The notes under the pieces: model-generated
The model's database searches: none
What the model saw: the letters and a program-made list of their open reading frames with translations, nothing else
What the model was told of the DNA's origin: nothing
Shown here: positions 13,001-25,000 of the stretch, piece by piece
How positions within the stretch are numbered: position 1 is the stretch's first letter
Layout of the letters: each line of letters opens with the position of its first letter
Position numbers and translations under genes: made by a program
Assembly: GCA_013239625.1 (NCBI GenBank)
Contig: MU054391.1
Coordinates: 1,796,711 to 1,825,495, forward strand
Length of the DNA: 28,785 bases
DNA from: Lama guanicoe
Lineage: Eukaryota
Direction of reading: 5' to 3'

Positions 13001-16000
13001 GAGACCCAGTGCTGAGTCCTCTTTTAATCTGCACGTGGTTTTTTGTTTTTAATTGAAGTATAGTTGATTCACAGTGTTTGTGAATTTCTGGTGTACAGCA
13101 CAGTGATTCAGTTATGTTTATATTCTTTTTCATGCTTTTTCATTATAGGCTATTACAAGGTGTTGAATATGGTTCCCTGTGCCGTATTTTTTGTCTTTTT
13201 AAAAAAGAAATTATATTTCACTTGTATCCCCCTTCACAGAGGCCCTGGGGATTGAACCCAGGACCTCGTGCATGCCAAGCACACCCTCTAACACTGAGCT
13301 ATACCCTCACCCTTCTGTATTTTTTTTAAATGTACCTACAGTACAAAGCAGAGACTCTTTCCTGACCCTTCAGTGAGCACGTCCCAAACACGCACAGAGC
13401 TTTTGACCCACAGACTCTCGGAGTTGACTGAGCACATCTGCTGATTATCCAGTGGCCCCGGCCACTTCGTGTGTGAGACAGAGATGAGCTGCGTGTGCGT
13501 CTCTGCTGGTGGAGAAGGCAGACACGTCTCACCTGGTCAGCGGTCAGCGAAATCCACTCTCCAGCTGAGCCCATGCCTGGACGTCACCCCTGATTCCACC
13601 AGCATCACCCCTCCCCGCCCGTCCAGTTCCGCAGTCCCTCTGCCGTTAGACTTTCAGATGCACCCCAGTCTCCCCCTCCATAGTGCTCGGAGTCGGGGCG
13701 GCCCCGGTGCCTGTGGTGGGAACGTGGGTTGCAGGTGGTGGGCTGGGGAGGCAGGCGGGGATGGTCACGGCTGGTGGGGTAGGGAAGCACTGTATTCACG
13801 GGGATCTGCCTTCAGCAAGGGAGGGACACGAACAGACGCACCCCAGAATCACTGCGGGTGATGGAGTGAAGTGTACAGACTCCAAATGGGAAGCTGGGGC
13901 TGGTGGTCACTGTCTCCCCCCATGTGGTCTCAGGGTCCCTGGAGGTGGAGAAGGAGACGCTGCCTGGCGGAGCAGCGCAGCAAGCTTATATTCACTTTCC
14001 ACGCCCCCCGGGAGGGGCTTTGTGGCCACACTCATTTGCATTTCATTACAGGACAGGTGCGCAAGGATTCCCTTCCGGGCTCCAGGCAGGAAAGCGCCCG
14101 CCTGGGGACGTGCGGAGCAGCCTGGGAGAGAACCCCGGGGCTGCTGGCCGAGCGCGGCCGCTTTCCCTGGCTGTCCGCCCGCGTGTCTTTGAGTTGGAAG
14201 TGGGTCGGGGGAGCCAGGCTCAGGATGTCAAGTTTTGGGAGGATTCCAGTAATTTGTTTCTGTTAGCATGTCCTCTCCTCATGTTCCGGTGTGATATTGA
14301 TGATGCCTGTGTCTAAATAGCCCCCAGAGGGCTTTTTCAGGAAGGAGGAAAAAGCATCTCTAGGCAAGAAGCAGCATCAGGACGTGGTTCAGGTGGCGGC
14401 TTGACTTCCTCCTTAGCGGCAGGTGAAGTAACCACGCGTCTTAGGGTTTCTGGCATCTTGATTCAAGGAAATGGGAAGGAAAGTAACGGGAAGGAGCCGG
14501 CGCAGGTCTCGATGGCTGTGGAGCGCGAGGAGGCGGGAGGAGGCGGGAGAAGCCGGGAGACTGCAGGTTTCCCGGGGGCGGGTTAGGGGTGGCAGCTGCC
14601 GGCTGGGGTGCAGGAGCGGAGGCCCCGGCGGGGGAGGGAGGAGCAGGAGGACTTCGGTGTCGGCGGTGGTGTTGGTGTGAGGAGCTGCTGTGCTCTAGGC
14701 GAGCCCAGCCGTCAGACGAGAGGGAAGGGGACACGTGGGAGGCGGTATTCGTGCAGAAGCGCATTGTGGCGGCCAGGAGGACTCCATGGAGCGTGCAGCA
14801 GAGGACAGGTCTGCTCCCACGTCGTCCACGGCTGTCGTCATGGGCTCTCTAAGGAGTGAGGGATGAACCGTCTCTGGACCTAAGCGGACGCCTAGGAGGC
14901 GGGTGAAATCTTGTCTGCATGCTAGACGACAGGTTTCTTTCTTAGTAAACCCACGCCGCCCGCCCAGGGAGAGCCCAGGGCTTGGAGAGCCAGCACCCTG
15001 GACTCCGATTTCCTCGGTCGGAATCCTGGCTCTGCTAACAGCCGTGTGGCTCGATGCCGCTGACTGCCCAGGGTCTTCGTTAATGAAAGACGGTTCCCCT
15101 CTTTGACTTCCCATTTTTTCCCCCAGGATTTCTGTCATCAGAGTTACTGCCAAGGGGATGAAGTTCTAATTTAATCTAACATAGATACCCTAGCAGAGGG
15201 TTTAAAAAAATTGAAGAGCAAAGCTGTTTGCGTCTTACATCTAGATTTCCATTTTGAACGTAATGAGAGTTTAATTTAGCAGAACTTTAAATTGTACTGT
15301 TAAAAATGCCCGTTTCCAAGAAAATGGCAAAGAAACCGCACGGGAGCGTTTTAACTGATTAGTGTGCTTCAGCTATGCCTGGGACACAGTTCGCCTTATT
15401 TGATTAGCTCAGTTCACTTACCACTGGATTCAAATATTTGAACATTGGAAAATACACTGTGAAGAGCCTGTCAGGGCCTTAAATGGTCCAATTAACTGGA
15501 GCCGTGACTTTTAGTCCAAGAGGAGGTCATCGAGTGAAGCGACACTTACTCTGTTACATCAGATTCAGTTTACGGCAAACACACTTACTGTGTAGCTGCT
15601 TTCCAAGGAAGGTGTCTGTTACCTTCCAAAGAAGTGCGGCTAATTCAATAAATGCTGTAGATTGAATCTGCATACTAAAATGAGTATTCCGGGGTGCAAG
15701 CCTCTGTCAAGTCTCAGTGAGTAGTGAGTAAGCCTCGTGTCTGTACCGCATCCACAATCAGAACGTTAGGGTTGCCTGCTTCTCTTCTGGCCGTGAAGCA
15801 CAAACGAACTGAGATGAAGCTTGGGTGCACCAGGTGTGACCGTGTGTGGGGGGCTGCCACCCAGGCTTTAATAACCGGCCCTAAACTGTGAAGCCCAGTA
15901 TGAAATGAGCGTCTTGAACTGACGTTTGCGGGCTGACGGTGTCAAGTCCACACAGCACCGCACGGCGCTCAGGCAGTGCTTGTGGTCGCCTTCCAGCAGC

Positions 16001-19000
16001 CCGGAGATGCAGCAGCCACGTTCAGGTGCCGGCAAGGCCTCCACGTGGATCATGCGCGAAGCGGGGGCTGGCCCGCTGACCGGAGACCTTGGCCCGCTGT
16101 GGACCAGGACGTTCACTCGGGGAGCCGGGAAGTGCCTCCTGCCCGTGCGCCTGCCGCCTCCTCCCTGACGGTAGACTGGCTCTGAGTCGGGTTGTTTGCT
16201 TGTCCGCTAGATGCACCGCCGGACTCATCCCAGGTTACCTCGGGAGGTGGCCAGCCTTCCCCATGCTGGAGCGAGACACCCTGTGAGTGGCATTAAAACA
16301 GCCAGGTCGACGGACGTGGGCGCTGGAGAACGGTGACAGTTGTCAAGGCACACAGAGACACAAACCCAACCTGCCTCAGGGATGTTCTCTGAGAATAATT
16401 TTAACAGGAAGAAAGATGAAGGAAATTGAGAGAAGTGCTGTGGCCCTTGGAAGTAGCGCTCGTGTTGATCTCAGGGGGCTGGAGACGCAGGGACGGGGCG
16501 AGGGGATTGGGGATGTGGTGCTCGCCCCCTCCCGTGGGAAAGCGGGGTGTCTGTATCCTGCTTAATGCGTTGTCTGCTGAGAACTGCTGTAAATCCGTGT
16601 TGCTCTGACAGTGAAAAGACATCTATATGGTCCAGCAGTCCCACTCCTGGGCATTTATCCAGAGGAAACTGTAATTTGAAAAGACACCTGCACCCCAGTG
16701 TTCACAGCAGCACTATTTACAAGAGCCAAGACATGGAAGCAACCTAAATGTCCATTGACAGAAGACTGGATAAAGGAGCTGTGGTATATTTATACAATGG
16801 AATACTACTCAGCCACAAAAAAGAATGAAATAATGCCATTTGCAGGAACATAGATGGACCTGGAGATCGTCATACTAAATGAAGTAAGTCAGACAGAGAA
16901 AGACAAATACCATATGAGATCGCTCGTAGGTGGAATCCAAAAGAAAAAAAATGATACAAAAGAACGTATTTACAAAACAGAAACAGACTCACAGACACAG
17001 AAAACAAACTTACCGCTACCGGGGGTGGGTAAGAGGTGGGTGGAGATATAAATTAGGAGTTTGGGATTTTCAGATGCTAACTACTGTGTATGAAATAGAT
17101 AAACAGCAAGGTCCTACTTAGAGCACAGGGAGCTATACTCAATACCTTGTAATAACCTGCAATGAAAAAGAGTATGAGAAAGAATGCATACATGTGTGTG
17201 TATCACTGAATCACTATGCTGTACACCAGAAACTAACACAATTGTAAACCGACAATACTTCAATTAAAAAAAAAACAAATATGTAAATTAAGAAAAGACA
17301 CCATGGTGTCCAGGGATGCCAGGCACCGGGCACGAAAGGGTGCAGGCGGCCCGCCTCCGTCCCCGGGGAGCTTTCGGGCCCGAGGGGGAGAGTTGTGCGG
17401 GCAGCCAGTGGCAGCCTGTGGCTGTGGGGCTCTGCGGAAGCGGGCTGGGAGCGGGCGGGATGTCTCTGTGTGGGGAGAAGACGACGCGCAGTTAGGGCCG
17501 CGGGCGAGCTTGCCGAAGCCCGAGGAGGGGCTGTTCCGGAGACACACAGGAGATTGGAAGCGCTGGCCTGTCAGGGTGCAGTCAGGTGCGTGCGCGTGGA
17601 GCCGGGTGTGCTGGGCGGAGGTGCCGCCGGGAGTTTGGCCTCATCCTGACGGACGTGGACCTGGAGTGACCCAGAGGAGACATGGCGTGTGGTCATCTGC
17701 CGCCCCCTCCCCCCCTCCCCGGGCCACCACCGCTTCCCCGCTGCTCTTCTTCCTTAGCTCAGGATTCACACCCACCCACCTGTTGAATCACAGACGTTTC
17801 CCGCGAATGCTTCCTGGAGCAGTTCTGTCTGCCAGGCAAAGTCTGACATCCTTCCTGGTAGGAGGCCTGGCAGACCTCCCCACAGCCCCGGGAGACAGTG
17901 GCGTCAGGCCCACGTCATCTCGTGGTGAGAGGTGGGCCGTGAACGTCATACACAACTTGTGGGCTGCACTTAGTGCCCTGGGGAAGAGCGGGGAAGGCTG
18001 AGGAGGGGCGCTGGAGAGTCGGGGGGTGAGCCAGGGTGTGCTCCCCGAGAAGGGGGTGCTCGAGTCAACGCCTGACGAGAGGCCAAGCCCACGTGGCTCT
18101 GGCGTCACTGGACTTCAGAGGAATGCGGGGTTCTGGAATCTTGCGTTCCCGTCAGGTGCCTGTGGGGTGAAGCGTGAAACTGAATGATAAAATGGGCTTA
18201 ATGACACGATGCCCGCCCTCACCTGCCTCCTGCCGTCCTGGAAGGAAGTCCTTTCTGCTCTGGGCGATTTTCCGCGTGCGTCTTCACCTGCCGCAGCTCC
18301 TGGGGTGACGGGAGCTGGTGGTCAGACCGTGATGGGCGTGGTTTGCTCAGAGCTCCTTGCTCAGCCCCCTGACTGCTTTCGTGCCCCGAAAGGAGGGTGG
18401 GCAGTGTTTCCTTGTCACTGTCCTTTGAGGACTATTTCAGGGATAATAAGATAAACATACAGCATCTTTGTCTCAGAGGCCAAAGATGGGCAAACTTCTT
18501 ATACAAGGCGACGTGAGTACCACTAAAAAGAATTGAGTGCACTTCGAAAAAAAAATTAAATAAAATAGGGAAAAAAAGAATCGAACAGGGTTTTCAAACC
18601 CCAGCCCCTCGCTGCCTCCGAGCCACGAGCACCGTATACCGTTTTCTGTTTGACTCCAGTTCTGCAGAGGCCTTGCTCCCTCTCCTTACGGACACAATTT
18701 CAAGTTGCGGGAAAGCCTCCCGAAGCAGGTGGAAGGATTTTGCCTCCTGTTTGCGGTTGAGGGACTGTTTTCACACTGTAATTTCCACAAGGAAAAAAGT
18801 CCTGGCAGTTTGCATGATACACACGTAGCGCCGTATGAAAACGGCACAAGCTAGGTGTTTTTAGTTCGACATTTTGGTAGGTGACATAGCTCACGAGAAA
18901 TACCTGTTTGTATCATTTTTTTTGCCTGTATCCATTTCCAAATACTTCAGTAAAGACAGAAAAAAGGAAAACTAGAAACAGCCGGTTTGTGTGTAAGGAC

Positions 19001-22000
19001 GGAGTAGAGTTGGACAGAAGCCCGTTCGGTGGGGTGGCGTCGGGGTGGCGCTAAGAGTTAGCGCACCGCGCCCTGCGACCTGGTTCTCCTTTGCTGCTAC
19101 TGCTTACAGATTTTTGTTTTAGAAACCTGAGTTCCCCTTTAGTGTGACCCTGAGCACACCTGCCCCACATTTGATTTTTTATTAGAGATGCTCCTTCCTG
19201 CCCCGACGTTCTCGCGGTGACAGCTGGGTAGTCCCTGTGGAGCGATTTTTGTAGCTCTGAGGAGGGTGTCTAAAGCCCCAGGGACCTCTGTAGACCTGCC
19301 TGCCCCCCTTCTAACGCGGCCCCCCGTGTGCCAGGCCCTACGTGCCACCTGCAGTTAGGACGAGAATTGGCTTCCCTCTGGGGGAGGCACTGCCCGTGGT
19401 GTCCCTGGGAGGAGGGAGAGGTGTCTGCCGCTTTAGAGAGAGGAATGTAGGTGACAGCGTGGTCCAGATGGTGCAAGGAGGGGGAGGCCTGGGAGGCCCC
19501 TGAGTCCCACCCCCTGTTCCGCCCGGGGAGCGTGTGCCATCCCTGGTCCTTCTCAAAATAGCCCATAAGACCCGCCGCGCGCCTCTGTCCGCTAACAGTG
19601 CTCTGTGCCGTGTGTACAGGGCATAGTGAAGTGCCTGTTCTTCTTCGTTTGCACCGCAGGAGGATCCCAAAGCGAAAGACCCCAAGAAACATGACAGCAG
19701 TCCACCCGAAGCTCAGGATTCTGTGTTTTATGCCAAAGAGGAGAAGAAGAAACCGAAGGCAGAACCTCTAGTGCGGAGCGGGGCAGGTAATGCGGGATTC
19801 CTGACGCCGCGCAGGAGGGCGTGCAGCTCTCTGACTTGAAAACCGGCTCGTGACTGTCTGATTTACTCATCAGTTGCTCGGTGCGCAGGGCTGGGGAGGG
19901 GGTGGAAAAGCGGCATTCCGGGGCTGAGGGCAAGAGGTTCTCCTGCCAGGAAGCCCCCCAGGGAAAGGCAGGAGGTAAAGGGAATCCTGTCCACTCTGCG
20001 GACCCCAGGGCGGGCTTGCTTTTCCTTAAGGACCAGTGACACAGGAACCAACCGGCAAACACGGCCCCCTTTGAGCTGATGACGTAAAAGCACCTGCGTT
20101 GTCTGGGTTTGCTCCCTGAGCGTGAGAGGCATTTGAAAGGGTGAACTTCAGAGGTGATTTTAAAATGAAACAATTTGAGATACACTGCTCCTCCCCCTCC
20201 TCCCACTCCTATTCTTACTGCTGTCACTGCTACTGCTGTCACCACTGCCATCATTACTGCTGTCACCACTACTCCTGGTGCTGCTGTTAACACTCCTTGG
20301 CCACCGCCGCTGCCACCACCACCGCCGCCACCGCCGCCTGCGGTGCAGCTCTGCCTGGGTGCCAGGCTCTGCAGGAGGTGCTCTCTGTGACCCGTCTCGC
20401 CTGGAGGTGTGACAGATACTCAAGAGAGTGAAGCCCCACAGCTGGCCGTGGGGAGGAGGGGAAGGTGGCGGAAAGGAGGGCTCCCTGACGTCTCTGCAGC
20501 CGCGACGGTTTGGGAAGTCATTTCTCTTACCGTCATCCTCTCCCAGCTCCCCTTACCATGCATACGACTCTGTTCCTCACCCCTTTGCCCCGTCTCTTGG
20601 CTTCCTCTGCTCCTCTGTTTGCTCCAGGTTCAGAGCTGGACGTTCCCCTAAAGCTTTTCCCGCACTTCTCCCCTCCGTGCTCCCCGTCCTGTGACACGGG
20701 CATTGTCCTGCTGTGCACCCGGCCCGAGGCCAGGCCCGGGGTATTAAGACGTGGTCCGGCCCTCCCACCCCCACCCCAGAACGTGTGGCCTGGCGGGCCA
20801 GGCAGGCGTGCGAGCACAGGGGTCGTGTTGTTCTAATGCAGCCTCACAGCGGTCATCACTGAGCCCGCTGGACCAACACCGCCTGAAGTTCTGTAAGATA
20901 GTTGCAGTGATAGAGCATTTAATCACTCGTAAAATTTCTTGGGAAATTTTTGAAAAGGCACAGTGGGCCCCCCTCTCTGGGAAAAGCACAGCGTGGTGGG
21001 ACTCAGATTCCAGCCATGGCCCTCGTGAGCCTGTGACCCGGGCACCTTCCTTACCTGCAGACAGGTCATCGCAGGCTTGTGGGAGGTCTGCCGTGACTGT
21101 TAACATCAAAGGCACGGGGGCACCCGGGATGCGTGGGTTCTTGATGCCACCTTCCTGCCCCCCACCTCTCCCATCCCCCGTCCTCCAGCCCAAGACTTGG
21201 GGGTGGTTCTCCTGGGGCTGGGGGCCAGGAAGGGCGAGAATGGGCCTGCGAGGGGTGGGGAGGCCCAGGACTCCTGACTGAGAAATGGGTGGGTCCGTGG
21301 TCACAGTTTCCCGCTGGGGTCACTGGGCTCGTCAGTGGCCGCGTCGGCCCCGTTTGGCCGCTGAAGGCCCGGCCCGGCCCGCTGCTTTTTCTTCTGCTCA
21401 CTTGTTGCTTCTGCTCAGGGTGAGGATGCGCTTTTCAAGAACCCTGGGATTCTACGGCGTCGAGCACCTCCAGTGGTGATGCTGATCGGTGATTTCACCT
21501 GCCAGCCAGGCCGGGTGCCTCGGTGGACGCCGTCAGCCCCAGGGCTTGAATGTGTCTTGAGCTAACAGACCTGTGTGTCCTTAAAACGTGATGCTGATGT
21601 CTCGTGAGCTGCTCTGTGCTTATTTCTGACTGAATGAACCGCATGCACACCTGTGGAATGTTCACTGCATTTTGTCACTGGCCCGAGTCCCACGGTGGGG
21701 GGGACACCGTGGGGACACAAGGGTGACCGTGACTCTGGGGTCTGGGACCTTTGTGGAGACAGGGACGTAAGCAGACAGTGCAGACATCGAGGGCCGCTGA
21801 GCCCAGCACCTCGGCTGGAGCAGAACCGAGGGTGACGGGGAAACGGAGGTGAGGGGCCTGTGGGGTCCGCGGTCCCTGGGCCAGGACGCTCAGTGTGACA
21901 CCAGAAGCGCTGAGGGTGTCGAGCTGTAGCTTTGGTTTGGGTGAGGAAGGGTGCAGTGGACATCAGTCTGAAAACCCTGTCGGTGTTGTTTTTCCGCAGA

Positions 22001-25000
22001 CGGTGACGTGTATAAAGCCCAGACTCCCAGCGGGGAATCCCAAGGGGCACCGGAAGTCAAGGAGGACCTGGACATGACCGTGGAGGTGCCTGAGGACCAG
22101 GTGGGTAGCGGGCAGCGCACGACCGTGCCCGCCTCCTCCTGACTCCCACTCCGTCAGCCCTGCCTGCCTGTGTCTCACCCGCGACGCCTCCCCCAGGCTC
22201 TCCCTGGCTTCTAGAGTGTTCTGTGCCCCCTCCAGCTAGCTGCTCCTCATCCTCCAGATCCCAGACCCTGAGTTTTCCTGCTCGCCCACCTCTCCCCCGA
22301 GGCGCTTCTGCTGCCAGGCCCTTCTTAAGGCTCCTCACGGTTTGCGACTGTGTATGTAGCCTTGTCGTTACGTGATTACTGTCCCTTTGTCCCCCTAGGC
22401 TGAGGCTCCGTGAGGAGCGGGTGGTCTGCTTTGCTCGCTTGGGTGGCCCTTGTTGCTAACAGAGCTCCTGGCAGGCAGGAGGCCCTTAATGATCGCTTGA
22501 ATGACAGAATGGCGATGCTCAGATCTTCCCACGCAGCGTCGCCTGCGCCACTCCCCTCCCTCGGCTGAGTGAAGGTTGAAGTCGAGGTTTTCATCAGTGA
22601 GGAAGGTGGGCTGTCCTTTGCTCCTGCCGGGTGACACCGAGTAACGTCCGATCTTTTTTGTGACGATGAGCGAGGCTGACACTCTGGCCTCCTTAACCTT
22701 TCCTTCATTCCGGTGCCTAGAACTTCCCCCCAGGACGTCCAGGCCGGTTCAAGAGCTCCCTGGGGCTGTGTGGAGAGGGGAGGACAGCGAGGAAATGGGG
22801 CAGGGAGGGTCCAGCGCTTAGCGGCTAAGAGGGGTCACCGGCTGCTCTGGGCGTTAGTCTCCCTGACGGTCCAGGACGGCTGGTGACGGGGCATCTTGAC
22901 CCGCACTCTGACTCCTAACATGCTCCTGTTTCAGCAGCTCTGTCTCCCGACTCTCTTTTCTTTAATCTACCCCCAGAGTGATGTGTACTCCCTCCGCGCG
23001 TGTCCCCCTTTCTCTCCTCCAGCCTGGGTCACTGGGTGCTCTACCACCTGACGCCTTAGCGGGTGATGTCCACAGTCTCTCATTTTTTTGCGTAGGTTGC
23101 AAGTTGCCTTCTTCCATTCCAGGGCTCCTGGCCAGAAAAGCCCATCCTCGGGAACCCTTGTAGAACTCCGCTGATGCCCACCTTTGGCTCTTGAGAGCAT
23201 CCAGATCGGGCTCCGGGTTAGAGAAGCCGCGCTGTCAGTGAACCGCATGCTCTTGGTCACCTGAGTCCTGAACGCTGTTTGTCCTGAACCGAGTGGTCCC
23301 TGAATGGGACAGAAGGCGAAGTTGTGGGAAGTACGATGGAGGGGAAAGGGAGAGGACGCCAGGGACGGGACTCGGGGGGGGCCTGGCACTGGGAGCGGCG
23401 TTACTGCTGGTCCCCACACGACATGGGGTGTGGTCCCTCTGTAGTCACCTCTTCCTCCGCCTGCGCTGCTCTGCCTCCTTCTGCGTTTTCATGTCTAAGA
23501 AGTTATAATTTGTTTTCAGTGTTCTGTTTCTCTTTGGTGTTGGAGCAGATAACGTATCCCCTGGACAGCCACCTGCTTGCCCTCCGCCGTTCCTGTGAGC
23601 GTGGCTCGCGTGGAGGCCTGCGAGGGTGACCGCGCGCACTGTCTGCTTTATGAGCCTTGATCCTCTGACGGTGGTGGCTGGGGCTCCTTCTCGCTCCCAG
23701 CCTTTCCCCCGGGAAGGTCCTTTGTCACCGTGGTTCAGTCTGCACGAGCTCTCTCTCCCGAGCTCCAGACGCGTACGCACGTCTGTGGGTCTGCACTGCC
23801 CGCTGGATGGTGTGAGATACCAGCTCAGCCAGGTGAGGACGAGCCCCGTCTCCTCCCACACCATCCACGAGCCTGGTCTGCGTCCCATCTCGGTGCACGG
23901 GTGACACCCCATCTGTCCGGGAAATCACAGACAACACCTGCGGGAGGTTCTTGAGACTCACCTTTTTCAGCTGTTTCACATCCAGGTCGTCCCATGTTCT
24001 GTTGGTTTTACCTCCCAAACGTGCCTGGAATCTCTGTCCGTCTCACCGTCACTAGAGTCCTAAGTCCCGCTGTCTCCAGGCAGGATGGCCGCGGTCACTC
24101 TGTTCTCCGATCGCCCCTCGTGTCCCTAAAAGCGCAGGGCTTCCTCCCGCAGCAGAGCTGCCACGTGCTGCTCCCTTCACCTGGAAAATTCTTTCTTTTC
24201 CTCTTAACGCAGTAATGGCTTTTCATCCTTCGTATTTCAAATTAATGGCCGCTTTGGAGGAAACGTTGACTGCTCTCCCGTGCACGTGCAGTCCTGTCCT
24301 GTTCTCTTTTAGGCCCATGTGTCTCTCGTGCGGCACCTGCCACGGTTGTGCTTTTAGACTTACTTGTGTGGTTATTTAATGAATGTCTGTCTTCCCCATG
24401 AGACTGGCAACTTCTCAAGGGCCAAGGCTGCGTGCACGCACTGCAGGTGCTCTGTGACGCCTGCTGGGTGAGCGAGTCAGTGTCGCCTCGCATTGATATT
24501 TCGGTGAAAGAAGGTGATTTTTTTGTTTTTTTTTGGGGGGGTTTGCATTGTTTTCAGTTGAAGTAGAGTCAGTTCACAAGGTTGTGTTGTTTCTGGAGCG
24601 CAGCACCGTGTCTCAGTCACACAGAAGAACATACTTTGAACGCTTCTCTAAGTGCGCTCTGGGCAGCCCCCACGGGGCTGAATTCTCCGTGATTGCTTCT
24701 CTGCGTAAACCACAGGGAGGGAAGGCCCCCAGTCACGGTCTGAGTGTTCGGGTCTGGGCTCGTGGGACTGACTCTGCAGGTGTCTGCACAGCCTCAGGAC
24801 CCAGTGACACCTGCGGTCTAGGCGCATGGGGTTGACCGCACTGAACGGTCACCTGCTTGTTTGCACAGTCCTGGAATTCAGGTGCCGCACGCTCGGGGGT
24901 CACTGACTTGCGTTCTGGTCACTCGGTGAGGGCGTGCGCCCCCACCCACAGCTCAGCTGTGGCTCCGTGACCTGCTGTTGCCGACGACGGATCAGTGGAG

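Noticed and set aside
13238..13312. tRNA-Ala-like sequence (also 12533-12604) as a tRNA gene
   Set aside because: The stems are mismatched, and the A-rich tails and flanking duplications indicate SINE copies rather than functional tRNAs.
16854..17051. ORF MDLEIVILNEVSQTEKDKYHM (and 3880-4080) as genes
   Set aside because: These are remnants of the L1 ORF2 C-terminus in 5'-truncated, disrupted elements.
18547..18580. A-rich tract with AATAAA as an intronic polyadenylation site or retrocopy tail
   Set aside because: No recognisable upstream element or target-site duplication, and it cannot be distinguished from a simple A-rich tract.
19657..19662. NAGNAG tandem acceptor (CAG GAG)
   Set aside because: A distal GAG is rarely used when a proximal CAG is present, and the effect would be the loss of one Glu.
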